64,000 nucleotides of DNA from Candidatus Latescibacterota bacterium (GTDB lineage: Bacteria > Latescibacterota > UBA2968): assembly GCA_965198115.1 (NCBI GenBank), contig OZ240241.1, positions 1,440,001 through 1,504,000 on the forward strand, read 5' to 3'. Each line of letters starts with the position of its first letter. Position 1 is the first letter of the stretch. The position numbers and the translations under genes were made by a program. The notes beneath the pieces are model-generated. The model was given only the letters and a program-made list of their open reading frames with translations. It searched no databases and was not told the DNA's origin. Shown one piece after another: positions 9,382 to 19,697 of the stretch.

Positions 9382-11781
9382 TTAATGACTATAGCTCGCC
9401 GTCAGTTTGATATTGCGACCGGGTGAGTATGTAGTGACATCATTCCCATCGCTATCTACGATAATGCTGCGCTTGCTGTAGAGCGTATCGAACGCGTTTT
9501 CAGCTCGCACCTGTAGTGAAAGGTTCTGATTGAATCGGTACGAACCAAAGATGTCGTAAATTGTATAACCGGCCCGTCGTCTCTCTACACCCCGCTGGAT
9601 GAATTTTCTCTCTGCACGACTTGTCATATCAAGACCTACCCGAGCTTTACCGCCGAAAAGATACGTTCCCACAGTGGCATTAAGACTGGGAGGGTTAATA
9701 TTCGCTAGCTTAATACCCTCACCGTCTTTACCGTCCGTAGTTTGTGCAGTAACAGCAGCAAATCCCATAAAGCCTGCATAGTTTAACGAGAGTTCAAAGC
9801 CGCCAATCTGTGCCTCATCGATGTTGGTGTATTGCCTGACTTCGACGAGGTCATCAGACCCATCGCCATCAATATCAGCCTTATACTCATCTATGGTTGT
9901 CAAGGCAATGAGATTGTCAACGGTATTGTTGTTATAGCCGAACTGGAAACTCAACTCATCGCCCGCGCGGAGCAGGCTTGTTTGGCCAAAGCGGAAACCA
10001 GTCTCCCAACTGGCGCTGGCCTCTCCTTTGAGATTGGGGTTGGGTGTGATTTCACTGCAACTACTGCGTCCGCACGAGGGTTCGCCATTGTTCCTGTAAG
10101 CTTCGTGTACAGAGGGCGAACGAAAACCCCTGCCGGCCACCCCATAAAAGCTCAGACCACCTGCACTCCCATGTTCAAAAGGTCTCCAGGTTACGTGTAA
10201 TTTGGGAGATATTGCAGCTTCTGTGCTAGAGCCTTGCGTGGGATGGCTATTTTCAAAGCGGTCGTAGCGCACACTCCCCACCAGCGCTAGGCCGTCGCCA
10301 ACGGCTATACCGTCGCTCGCATAAATACCGTACTGCGTCCGCTGGCGGCGTATATCGTCATAGGCCGTTAGTATATCATCATCAGTGTAGTCCAGGCCGT
10401 AGCGGACTTCGTGGACGACGTCGGCCCCTTGTTGCAAGGTACTGACGTTCTCCAGTTCGAAATAGCCAGTATCCACCCCCCAGATATCGTGCTCCGTTTC
10501 GCCTACTACCAAGCGGTCCCGTTCAACTTTGTTGTAACTGAAACGAGCGTTGAGGTTCAGCAATGGCCTGTTTTCAGGGTTCAGCTTGTATTCCGCCGAC
10601 CAAGTTCTGTCCTCAACCGAGGTGTCGGCTGGATCGAGATACGCACCGCTGCCGGTGGTCGTGCGAGCCGTGTAATTCTTATCCAAACCAACATAACTTA
10701 ACTCGAGGCGCTGGCCGTCGTCAACATTGTAGACGCTTTTTAACAACAAATTAGCGCCTGTCGCCCCGGTCGAGCCCAAAAGTGCCTGCAAGCCGTCGCC
10801 GTCTTTATATGCGTCCGTGTTCCTCTTTACAAATGCCCCTGAGACAGCCAGTTTATCAGTAGCCTGATAGGCACCGTCAACGCTATTATAATAGCTCGCG
10901 CCATTGCTCTCATATCCGCTTCGGACATTCAAGCCCCAGCGTTTACTCCCTTTGATCACGTCTTCAGGGTCTTTGGTCTCCAGCAGAACTACGCCACCCA
11001 ACGACCCGTTCCCGTAGATATTTGAGGCAACGCCGGGAACGACGGTAATACCTTTGTACATATCCGGCTCCAGCCAGATGGTATTGGCACCACCATGCCG
11101 TACTTGGTTGAAGTTTTTGGGAGCACCTTCGACCCGTAGGCTGACTTGGTCGCCGGTAAAACCGCGCACGTATACGAGGCTGCCTTGTTGGCCGCCTTCT
11201 TCGTCCACCTGTACGCTCGTCGTTTTTCTCAGGGCATCGGCCAAGGTACTGGCTTGTTGGGCGCTTATGTAGCCGGCGGCGATTAGTTGCGCACCTTCAG
11301 AAACACCCACTCTCCGGCTTTGAACCTCTTGCACTTTATCCACCCCAAATACCTCTACGGCCTCCAGATAAATCGGCCGCTGTTCCATGGTTATAGCGAG
11401 CTGGGTCACTTGGCCGGCCTCAACTCTTACCTTCCGTTCGACGCGATCATAACCTATAAAGGTGGCTACTAGAGTGTACGAGCCGGCCGGCACCTGACGG
11501 AGGACGAAGGTCCCCTCGGTAGAGGCCACGGCGCCTAATTTAGCCCCCTTTAAGACAATATTCGTTCCAGGCATCGGCAGGTTCTGGGCGTCGACCACGC
11601 GGCCTTCTAGGTACCCGGTTTGTACTTGGGCCAATGCCAACGAGCCGTTGAATAGCATTGCGCAGACTAAAGAGAAAACGACAAGAACCGCGCTCTTCTC
11701 CCTGTGCATTCGCGTAAAACCATCCATAATCTTTCCCCTCCTTCTTGGGTGAAGTTCTTGGGTGAAGGGTGACGAGTTCAC
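9382..11781 (-). CDS. TonB-dependent receptor (heme/hemoglobin-type) with N-terminal carboxypeptidase-regulatory-like domain
   Basis: Plug (VYVRGF, YGNGSLGGVV), FRSP/NPNL variants of the FRAP/NPNL motifs, ENAFDTLY, PGRN; probable start 11727. Confidence 0.9.
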   Translation of the reverse strand: MNSSPFTQELHPRRRGKIMDGFTRMHREKSAVLVVFSLVCAMLFNGSLALAQVQTGYLEGRVVDAQNLPMPGTNIVLKGAKLGAVASTEGTFVLRQVPAGSYTLVATFIGYDRVERKVRVEAGQVTQLAITMEQRPIYLEAVEVFGVDKVQEVQSRRVGVSEGAQLIAAGYISAQQASTLADALRKTTSVQVDEEGGQQGSLVYVRGFTGDQVSLRVEGAPKNFNQVRHGGANTIWLEPDMYKGITVVPGVASNIYGNGSLGGVVLLETKDPEDVIKGSKRWGLNVRSGYESNGASYYNSVDGAYQATDKLAVSGAFVKRNTDAYKDGDGLQALLGSTGATGANLLLKSVYNVDDGQRLELSYVGLDKNYTARTTTGSGAYLDPADTSVEDRTWSAEYKLNPENRPLLNLNARFSYNKVERDRLVVGETEHDIWGVDTGYFELENVSTLQQGADVVHEVRYGLDYTDDDILTAYDDIRRQRTQYGIYASDGIAVGDGLALVGSVRYDRFENSHPTQGSSTEAAISPKLHVTWRPFEHGSAGGLSFYGVAGRGFRSPSVHEAYRNNGEPSCGRSSCSEITPNPNLKGEASASWETGFRFGQTSLLRAGDELSFQFGYNNNTVDNLIALTTIDEYKADIDGDGSDDLVEVRQYTNIDEAQIGGFELSLNYAGFMGFAAVTAQTTDGKDGEGIKLANINPPSLNATVGTYLFGGKARVGLDMTSRAERKFIQRGVERRRAGYTIYDIFGSYRFNQNLSLQVRAENAFDTLYSKRSIIVDSDGNDVTTYSPGRNIKLTASYSH

Positions 11782-11884
11782 TTTCGGGTGTCGTCATTTT
11801 TGGGCGAGGAAGCGGCAACCATCTGTGCGCGGGCCGCCCCCACCTCGTCGGGTAGGTGTTTCGAGTGCTTGGATACCGCGCCGA

Positions 11885-12892
11885 TCACCGAGCCGAGAAC
11901 CGCCGGTCGATTTGCGCCGCGGTGCTTGGGCCGCCGTGATGGTGCGTGGGCCGACCAAATCCTATCTCGCCGAGGGTGCCGGCAATCACCAGCCAGGCTA
12001 CCCCGGCGGCGATACTGAGCCCTGCCACACCCAACAGGCGCGTCGGCCGGATTTGCAACCACATGATCAGGCCCGACACGGCCCAGAAAATCAGGGTGAA
12101 GGCCGTGGCGTCGGCGAGCAGGGTCCACAGCCAACGCGGCCCGATTTGGTCCGGGTACATTTTTAACTGATGCAGGCGGGTAACAGCCTCGCGGAGACTA
12201 AAACCTGTTCCGGCGCCCGCTTGGCGGCCGTCGAGCGTCCCATTTATCAGATTATACGTCGCGTGCCAGTCACGCCCGTCTTCGTCCCGCAGCGCGAATT
12301 GTAGCACGGGTGCCGGACGTGTCCGTATGCGAGCAGGTCCCGTCGCTTCTAATCCGGCGTCGGCGAGTAGCTCGACCGATTTATCACCGACGGCAGTAAA
12401 GTTCGGCGCGTCGATATGCACGGGCTGACCAGCGAAGGGCGGTGGTTCGGGTACCGGGGCCTCGGCAGTCGTCTCAATCCGAGCGCTGCCGTCGGTGAGG
12501 TTTATGCGCACAGTGTGTTGAGCACCGGCACCGGAAAATTGTACGCTGAACCGCCCCGTGAGCCGGGCGGTGGCCTCCTCAACTATAGCGAAACTGCCGC
12601 CACTGCCGTCGTTGAGTTGGGCGACGATTTGGCGAGCGAGTTCCTCGGTGTCAAGCGCCACGAATCCCGTCGTGGCCTGCACAGCTTCGACGTTAGCGTA
12701 GTGGACAATATCGCGCGATGATGCCCAGTTCGGGTGGTTGAAAAACAGCCCACTGACACCGAATAACAGCACCCACGGTAGCAGCAGCAGACCAGCATAG
12801 AGGTGCAGTCGGCGTACGAATTTGAGTGCCTTGGGCTTCCAGCACCGTCGCCTGGTAGCACTGGCCCCTTCCTTTTTTTCAACGTGCATCAC
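11885..12892 (-). CDS. PepSY-associated TM helix domain protein
   Basis: RRLHLYAGL...SGLFFNH, RLHQ, SGLIMW; upstream of the TBDR. Confidence 0.8.
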   Translation of the reverse strand: MMHVEKKEGASATRRRCWKPKALKFVRRLHLYAGLLLLPWVLLFGVSGLFFNHPNWASSRDIVHYANVEAVQATTGFVALDTEELARQIVAQLNDGSGGSFAIVEEATARLTGRFSVQFSGAGAQHTVRINLTDGSARIETTAEAPVPEPPPFAGQPVHIDAPNFTAVGDKSVELLADAGLEATGPARIRTRPAPVLQFALRDEDGRDWHATYNLINGTLDGRQAGAGTGFSLREAVTRLHQLKMYPDQIGPRWLWTLLADATAFTLIFWAVSGLIMWLQIRPTRLLGVAGLSIAAGVAWLVIAGTLGEIGFGRPTHHHGGPSTAAQIDRRFSAR

Positions 12893-13120
12893 TGCTCCAT
12901 CTTCGATTTCAGGTTTTTACAGGAGAGGAGGTCCATCCAATTTTTACTGAACAAAAGGGCCTATACACATCCCCCGGTACATACTGGTTTGGTTCATATC
13001 GGCTCTGCGTTCTCGACGGGGCTATTGGCGAAGTGCTGGCAGGCGCACCGAGGACAATCGCCATCGAACACCCGTCACTTGAGCCGCACGTGCAGGTCGG
13101 CGTGGCGCTCGTGCCCCAAC

Positions 13121-13330
13121 TCAACCGGGGCTCTTGCCCGCGGCCCCCTCCAGCTCCATCAGACATTCCATGCGCGCCGCGACCTCCTGGACGCTCCGGT
13201 TCAAGGCGAGAAACTCGGAGCAGGTCATGCCGATGTTGACGTTCTGGTACACCAGGTGGACCCCGCCCGCGTCACAGCGATAAATCGCTATCCATCGACG
13301 GGAGTTTCCGAAATTGCATCCATCATCGTG
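13121..13330 (-). CDS. small hypothetical protein (start uncertain)
   Basis: YRCDAGGVHLVYQNVNIGMTCSEFLAL, co-oriented with the iron-uptake genes. Confidence 0.35.
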   Translation of the reverse strand, partial: HDDGCNFGNSRRWIAIYRCDAGGVHLVYQNVNIGMTCSEFLALNRSVQEVAARMECLMELEGAAGKSPG

Positions 13331-13394
13331 GTCCCTTTCCGTAATCCGCGCGCTGGGGGGCTCGCTCCAGGCATGGCGATTGATTCCACAATCA

Positions 13395-13500
13395 ACTGAT
13401 CTGTATGCCAAACATAAGATTTGACAGACAATCATATAAATTAAATTAAAACGATAGTTTGGCAAGACAATTAAATGAATGTCTCATCAAACACTGCCGG
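13395..13500 (-). promoter_or_regulatory. AT-rich probable promoter/operator region of the iron-uptake genes
   Basis: Strongly AT-rich; only a weak Fur-box resemblance. Confidence 0.35.
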
Positions 13501-13541
13501 TCAAGATTGTCAAACATTTTCTCGGCCGATGTCTGGCCCCC

Positions 13542-14335
13542 TGGATTGTTCCCATTCCTAAAGTTAGGATATGGGACCTAGAAAGGGGGCCATATGGCCA
13601 GGAAGCGTTACACCGCAGAGCAGATTATCGGTCATCTTCGGCAAGCTGAAATACGTATCTCCGAGGGTAAGACGATTCGCCGAAGTCGTGCGTGAGCTTG
13701 GCATCAGCGAACAGACCTACTACCGGTGGCGTAAGGAATACGGCGGTATGGAGGTCAATCAGGCGCGTCGGCTCAAGGAGCTCGAGCAAGAGAACGGGCG
13801 TCTGAAACGTCTTGTGGCCGACCAGGCTCTGGATATCTCGATTCTCAAGGAGGTGTCCCGGGGAAACTTCTGAGCCCGACGCGGCGACGGGAGGCGGTTG
13901 TTCACGTGCGTGAGACACTGGCCGTCTCGGAGCGTCGGGCGTGCCGTGTGCTGGGTCAGGTGCGCCGTACCCAGCGATACACGCCCACGGTAGCCGATGA
14001 TGAAGGAGTTCTGACTGCGAACGTCGTATCTCTGGCCACTGAGTATGGGCGGTATGGCTACCGCCGTATCACGGCCCTCCTCAGAACCGATGGCTGGCGG
14101 ATGAACCACAAGCGTGTGGAGCGTATCTGGCGGCAGGAAGGGCTGAAAGTGCCGGCTCGCCAGCCCAAACGCGGCCGACTGTGGTTCAACGACGGCTCCT
14201 GCATCAGGCTACGGCCTGAGCATCGCAACCACGTCTGGGCCTACGACTTCGTGTTCGACAGGACGCGTGAAGGCAGGCCGTTGAAGTGCCTGACGGTTGT
14301 GGATGAATACAGCCGCGAGTGTCTGGCGATTCGAG
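13542..14335 (+). mobile_element. IS3-family element, 3'-truncated, extra frameshift in orfA
   Basis: TG left end; orfA from 13594 (MARKRYTAEQII...ISEQTYYRWRKEYGG); GGGAAAC slippery site near 13861; orfB RYGYRRI, WAYDF, VDEYSREC. Confidence 0.9.
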
Positions 14336-14775
14336 CCAGATTTGCCTGACGTAGTTGCCGAGATGGAAGAGATTGGCGAACTACTCAGCCAGGCAAGGAG
14401 AGCGGGCCCCATTGGGCATATGGAGTCGTGAACAGGGCAGCGGGCTCGGGGTCACAGGTAGTAGGGTCCTCCTTGAGCGCCCCTGAGGTCCTCCCTCCCT
14501 CCTGACCGCATTCGCCATCTACTCGTATCGTGGCTCGATGAGGCTGAGCCGAAGCGCCCCCGCCGGCAGTTTTCCACAGTCTCCGGTGGCCGAAACGGAA
14601 TTTGCCTCACTGAGCAATGTGAATCACTTCCTACGAGCTATGTAGCCGCGACGGGGAGGTGCCCGTTTTTGGTCAGCGATCTGCGAGAGGCGGCCCTGAT
14701 CAGTAGACTGCGTCATCGCCACCGGGTGTGGGTGGCTCGGGAAACCGTCAGATACAACGCGAGCGAGGATGAGGA

Positions 14776-16233
14776 ATGTTTGAACAAGCCTTCAAGAATA
14801 TTGACGACGCCCTTAGGAAAGAAGCGGGCTGCACAACGGAACTCGACTATACCGAGCAGACTTCGTGGCTACTGTTCCTGAAATACCTCGATGGGCTGGA
14901 GCAGGATTTGGCAGATGAGGCCGCGCTGGATGGTAAGGACTACAGCTACATCCCCGATGAATCGTACAGATGGGAAACGTGGGCCGCCCCCAAAGGCAAG
15001 GACGGCAAGCTCGATCACAACACAGCCATGACCGGTGACGACCTGTGCGACTTCGTTGACCAGAAGCTCTTCCCGTACCTCCAGAGCTTCACGCAGAGGG
15101 CCACCGGGCCGAACACCATCGAGTATAAAATCGGTCAAATCTTCGGCGAGATTAAGAACAAGATTCAAAGCGGCTACAACATGCGCGAGATCATCGATCA
15201 CATCGACGGTCTGCGCTTTCGTTCGCAGGCCGAGAAGCACGAGCTTTCGCACCTCTACGAAGCCAAGATCAAGAACATGGGTAACGCTGGTCGTAACGGC
15301 GGCGAGTATTACACGCCGCGTCCACTTATCCGTGCCATTGTTCAGGTTGTACAGCCGAAGCTCGGCGAGACCATCTACGATGGCGCGGTCGGCTCGGCAG
15401 GCTTCCTGTGCGAGTCGTACGATTACCTCAAGAATACTCATCCGAAGCGCACCACTACGCAGGACCGACTCCTACAGGACGGCACCTTCTACGGCAAGGA
15501 AAAGAAGTCACTCGCCTACGTCATCGCAATCATGAATATGATCCTGCATGGCATCGAAGCACCCAATATCCTGCATACAAACACACTCACCGAGAACCTT
15601 GCAGACATTCAGGAAAAGGACCGTTACGACGTAGTGCTGGCCAACCCACCCTTTGGTGGCAAGGAGCGGAAAGAGGTTCAGCAGAACTTCCCCATCCGCA
15701 CAGGGGAAACTGCCTTCCTCTTCCTTCAGCACTTCATCAGGATGCTCAAGGCTGGCGGGCGCGCGGGCGTGGTCATCAAGAACACTTTTCTATCCAACAC
15801 CGACAACGCTTCGACGAGTCTGCGCAAGCTGTTGCTGGAAAGCTGTAACTTACACACGATACTCGACTGCCCGGGCGGCACGTTTATCGGCGCGGGCGTG
15901 AAGACCGTCGTGCTCTTCTTCGAGAAAGGTGCACCCACGCGCAAGGTCTGGTTCTACCAACTCAATCCCGGTCGCAACATGGGCAAGACCAACCCGCTAA
16001 ACGACGACGACCTTACCGAGCTCGTGAAGCTGCAAAAAATCCACGCCGACTCCCCCAAGAGTTGGAGCGTAGACGCCGTGGATATTGACCCGACGACCTT
16101 TGACCTATCCGTAAAGAACCCCAACGGGGGTGAGGAAGTCGCGCACCGTAGTCCGGGTGTCATCATAGACGAGATTGCCGCGCTGGACGCCGAGAGTGCG
16201 GGGGTGTTGGAGACAGTTCGAGGATTGCTTTGA
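14776..16233 (+). CDS. hsdM: type I restriction-modification methyltransferase subunit
   Basis: GEYYTPR, YDGAVGSAGFL, NPPF (motif IV, N6-adenine MTase). Confidence 0.92.
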   Translation: MFEQAFKNIDDALRKEAGCTTELDYTEQTSWLLFLKYLDGLEQDLADEAALDGKDYSYIPDESYRWETWAAPKGKDGKLDHNTAMTGDDLCDFVDQKLFPYLQSFTQRATGPNTIEYKIGQIFGEIKNKIQSGYNMREIIDHIDGLRFRSQAEKHELSHLYEAKIKNMGNAGRNGGEYYTPRPLIRAIVQVVQPKLGETIYDGAVGSAGFLCESYDYLKNTHPKRTTTQDRLLQDGTFYGKEKKSLAYVIAIMNMILHGIEAPNILHTNTLTENLADIQEKDRYDVVLANPPFGGKERKEVQQNFPIRTGETAFLFLQHFIRMLKAGGRAGVVIKNTFLSNTDNASTSLRKLLLESCNLHTILDCPGGTFIGAGVKTVVLFFEKGAPTRKVWFYQLNPGRNMGKTNPLNDDDLTELVKLQKIHADSPKSWSVDAVDIDPTTFDLSVKNPNGGEEVAHRSPGVIIDEIAALDAESAGVLETVRGLL

Positions 16234-16430
16234 AGGAGGCGTGGCAAATCGAGACTTTGGCTAAGGTGTGCGATATTAAGCCCCCAAAGTCAGAGGCGCG
16301 TGAGCGAGTCGCTCCGTCCTCATTGGTGACATTCGCACCAATGGGGGATTTGGGAATCGACCAAAAGTTCTTGAAGCCGTCGCAGGTGAAACCGCTCGCG
16401 TCGGTGATTGGCAGCTACACTTATTTTTTC
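16230..16430 (+). pseudogene. hsdS: type I R-M specificity subunit N-terminal fragment
   Basis: Overlaps the hsdM stop; W..ETLAKVCDI...VTFAPM.DL...GSYTYF then breaks off. Confidence 0.75.
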
Positions 16431-16622
16431 CACCCGAAGAACACAAGCCGGAGAATCGTTCCGAGTGTGCCTGTTGAGCAGCCGGCAAGAAATAAACGCT
16501 GTGAGCTCGAGCCCTACCGATTGTCATCAATGTGGCGTAGCCATAGCCTCCAGGAAGCTACCGATCTCGTTCCCGAGCAGGGCCACAGTCCTCGGGTTTC
16601 TACACATCTGTGTCCATCTGTG

Positions 16623-16667
16623 CCTGTCCTGAGTGCGAGCCGCACAGGCGGCTCGTGTATCGAAGGG
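16623..16667 (+). repeat. REP-like CCTGAG..TCGAAGGG element with internal hairpin
   Basis: cctgtcctgagt-gcgagccgc-acag-gcggctcgt-gtatcgaaggg; relatives at 17688, 22488, 22594, 24071, 29945. Confidence 0.7.
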
Positions 16668-16740
16668 TTCATTTGTGGTTCCAAGGGTTTTGACGTATTT
16701 ATCCGCACGCAAAAACGTCAAACCATCAGGAGATCCACCA

Positions 16741-17667
16741 ATGCTGCATCGAACCTTCGGGAAAACCGGATTCGACATCTCGGCCGTCGGCCTCGGCACC
16801 TGGAACATCGGCAACCAATGGGGCGAAACAGACGACGGGAACGCCTTCAGCACGATTCGAGCCGCTTTCGACCACGGCGTCACCCTCTTCGACACAGCGG
16901 AAAACTATGGCATCCCGGGTGGGATGTCGGAGGAGCGCCTCGGAATGGCGCTCGCCGGCATTCGCCATCGCGTCACCGTCATCAGCAAAACCGGCAACTG
17001 GGGTCGCAGAATCGGCCGTCTGATCCCACGCGAGTACCCTGACACGATTCGCGTCTGCGTCCACGCCTCCCTCCACCGCCTCCGCACGGATTGGCTCGAC
17101 GTCGTCCTCTGTCACGAGGGGGAGATCGAAGATCCAGGGGTCTACATCGAAGGTTTCGAAATCCTGCTTCAGGAAGGAAGGATTCGCGCCTACGGCATCT
17201 CGACCAACAACCTGGACGTTTTGAAGCGCTTCAACGCCAACGGCCGCTGCAGCGTCGTTCAGGTCGACTACTCGCTATTGAACCGGAAACCCGAAGCGGA
17301 GTTTCTCCCCTATTGTCAGGAGAACAACATCGGCGTGATGATCCGGGGCCCGCTCGCGAAGGGATTGCTGTCTGGCCGTTACGAGAAATCGACAGTGTTC
17401 ACAGACAACATTCGAAATGCGTGGCACGATAACGGGGAGGCACAGGCCAAATTCGAAGCCGAGATCGACCGGGTCAACAAGCTGAAGTCGATGGCCAACC
17501 CCGGTCCCGAGATGGTCCAGATGGCGCTGCGCTATGTCATCTCCCATCCCGCAGTCTCGGTCGTCATCCCCGGCGCCAAATCCCCGGAACAGGCTGCAAC
17601 GAACGCAGCCGCCGGCTCCGAAGCCCTCGACGAAGCCACCATCGAAAAACTGAAAGCCTTGACGTAA
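16741..17667 (+). CDS. aldo/keto reductase
   Basis: GLGTW, FDTAENYG, SLHRLRTDWLD, VIPGAKS. Confidence 0.92.
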   Translation: MLHRTFGKTGFDISAVGLGTWNIGNQWGETDDGNAFSTIRAAFDHGVTLFDTAENYGIPGGMSEERLGMALAGIRHRVTVISKTGNWGRRIGRLIPREYPDTIRVCVHASLHRLRTDWLDVVLCHEGEIEDPGVYIEGFEILLQEGRIRAYGISTNNLDVLKRFNANGRCSVVQVDYSLLNRKPEAEFLPYCQENNIGVMIRGPLAKGLLSGRYEKSTVFTDNIRNAWHDNGEAQAKFEAEIDRVNKLKSMANPGPEMVQMALRYVISHPAVSVVIPGAKSPEQAATNAAAGSEALDEATIEKLKALT

Positions 17668-17687
17668 AGAAGCCTCTGGCCGAATAC

Positions 17688-17771
17688 GCTCACCCTGAGT
17701 GACCTCACTGCCCTCCGCATCCGCGCTAAGCAAACGAAAGTTTCTGTCACAGGTTGTATCGAAGGGCGAGC
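17688..17771 (+). repeat. REP-like element with long insert
   Basis: gctcaccctgagt-gacct...aggtt-gtatcgaagggcgagc. Confidence 0.6.
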
Positions 17772-17838
17772 TGGATAGGGCGAGACCCGGAAGTCACCGA
17801 ACAAGCGTTAGCCAGAGTACAGCCAATACGAGGATTGA

Positions 17839-18576
17839 ATGCCTAGACTGAAAGACAAAATCATCATTGTAACGGGAGGCGCGTCCGGCATCGGGCGAGC
17901 CACCGCCCTGTGTTGCGCGAGTGACGGGGCGAGCGTCATCGTCGTCGACCTGGACAAGGACGGTGTCGACGGTTGCGTGAAAGAGATCGAGGAAGCCGGC
18001 GGAAAGGCCAGCGGCTTTGGCGTGGACGTAAGGGAGGACGATCAGGTCAGCGGGTTGTTCAGGGAGATCGGCGACAAGGTTGGTCACATCGACGGACTGA
18101 TCCACGCCGCCGGCATTCTGGAGGGCGTCTTCGTACCGATCGACGACTTCGAAGAGCTCACCTGGGACAAGGTCATCGACGTCAATCTGAAGGGCAGCTT
18201 CCTGATGTCCAAACACGCCGTCCCCCTGATCGAAAAATCGGACAAGGGCGTGATGCTACTCGTCGCATCGGGAGCCGGCGTCCGAGGCGGCAGCTCATCC
18301 ATCGCCTATGGATCCAGCAAAGGTGGCGTCCACGGTTTATCACTCGTCCTCGCAGCACAGCTGGCCGACCGCAACATCCGCGTACACGGCATCTGCCCTG
18401 GGAGCCTCGCCACACCGCTCAAGCTTCGCCAGGTCGAGAAATCGGCCAAAGCCACTGGAGCCGACTTCGAAAAAATGGCTGCTGCGCTCGGCGACCCCGA
18501 AGGCGTCGGCAAGGTCCTCGCCTTCCTCGTCTCCGACGATGCCGACTACGTCCGCGGCACCGTCTTCACCAGATAA
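17839..18576 (+). CDS. short-chain dehydrogenase/reductase
   Basis: TGGASGIG, YGSSK. Confidence 0.93.
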   Translation: MPRLKDKIIIVTGGASGIGRATALCCASDGASVIVVDLDKDGVDGCVKEIEEAGGKASGFGVDVREDDQVSGLFREIGDKVGHIDGLIHAAGILEGVFVPIDDFEELTWDKVIDVNLKGSFLMSKHAVPLIEKSDKGVMLLVASGAGVRGGSSSIAYGSSKGGVHGLSLVLAAQLADRNIRVHGICPGSLATPLKLRQVEKSAKATGADFEKMAAALGDPEGVGKVLAFLVSDDADYVRGTVFTR

Positions 18577-18579
18577 AGC

Positions 18580-18810
18580 AACCACGGAGGACACGGATAG
18601 CACGGAGATTGTGGATGCACCCGGTACGCTCGGGGGAGTTCGACACACCGAGCCGTTGAGAAGCGGGTAGGAAGGCAAATCGCCCATTCCGCCTGCCACA
18701 AGGCAAGCTTGCTGCCCCTGGACCCAGCCCCCGGCGATAAGCAAAGTATCAACTGAAGGCTTCCAGTCCTATCCTCACGCCCCTCCGTGTCCTCCGTGTT
18801 CTCTGTGGTT
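18580..18810. mobile_element. non-coding element bounded by 9-bp-periodic inverted repeats
   Basis: aaccacggaggacacggatagcacggag ... ctccgtgtcctccgtgttctctgtggtt. Confidence 0.6.
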
Positions 18811-18833
18811 AGTCTTGGTTTCTGAGGTTTCCA

Positions 18834-19697
18834 ATGCGTTTAGGCATCGTAGGAATGTTACCCAGCGATTTCCGTACGTTCGAGGCCAGCCACTTCGAGG
18901 CCATTCGCAGACTCGGTTTCACCGGCGCGGGATTCCATCTACCTGGCGACCTGGCATCCGAAATCACGCCGGATGATATCGATCGTGGGCGTTCCCTATT
19001 CGTGGACAACGAGATCGACCTCGTGCAGATGGGGATCGGCTATGCGGAATGTCTGTTCGACCCGAATCCTGATGTGCGCAATCGGGTGACGGAAAAGATC
19101 AACCGGACGATTTCGATCGGTGCCGCCCTTGCCGCCGATTACGTCCTCATCCGGCCCGGCAGTCGGAATCCCCAAGGTAGCTGGACGCCCCATCGCGACA
19201 ATTTCACCGCCGAATCGTGGGATCGGTTCATCGAAACGCTGAAGCGCATCACACCGGTTCTGGAAGAGCACGACGTCACGGTCGTGATGGAGACACACCT
19301 TGTTTCGATCCTCAAGAACCCCGAAGCCTGCCGTCAGATGGTCGAGATGGTGGGCTCGCCGAAACTGCGTCTCGTCCTAGATTACGTGAACCACTTCGAA
19401 ACGCTGAAGCAGGTCTACAAAAACACGGCTCGGCAGGATCACATCTTCGCTGAGATGGGGTCTTACGGACCCGTGATGCACGTTAAGGACATCTCGCTCG
19501 GGAAAGGACTCGTCCTCCACATCGAGGAAGCCATCCCTGGCAACGGCGAACTGGATCTCGAGTACTGCTTCAGATCCTTCGAAAAACTCCACCCCGATAA
19601 GTATGGCCTCATCGAGCATCTGCCTCAGGATCTCATCCCCGAAGCCGCCAAAAACACAAGAGCCATCGCAAAGTCCGCGGGTGTCCCCATCCACTGA
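18834..19697 (+). CDS. sugar phosphate isomerase/epimerase (xylose isomerase-like TIM barrel)
   Basis: VMETH, LDYVN, MHVKD, PGNGELD, LIEH metal ligands. Confidence 0.88.
   Translation: MRLGIVGMLPSDFRTFEASHFEAIRRLGFTGAGFHLPGDLASEITPDDIDRGRSLFVDNEIDLVQMGIGYAECLFDPNPDVRNRVTEKINRTISIGAALAADYVLIRPGSRNPQGSWTPHRDNFTAESWDRFIETLKRITPVLEEHDVTVVMETHLVSILKNPEACRQMVEMVGSPKLRLVLDYVNHFETLKQVYKNTARQDHIFAEMGSYGPVMHVKDISLGKGLVLHIEEAIPGNGELDLEYCFRSFEKLHPDKYGLIEHLPQDLIPEAAKNTRAIAKSAGVPIH

Noticed and set aside
13440-13495. Fur box
   Set aside because: Only about half the consensus positions match; kept only as an AT-rich regulatory region
14455-14510. GGGTCCT resembling a phage cos-region motif
   Set aside because: Short match only; no terminase or other phage genes
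16430-17042. Full 270-aa ORF as HsdS
   Set aside because: S-subunit similarity stops after ~66 aa; the remainder is read-through into repeats and the AKR gene
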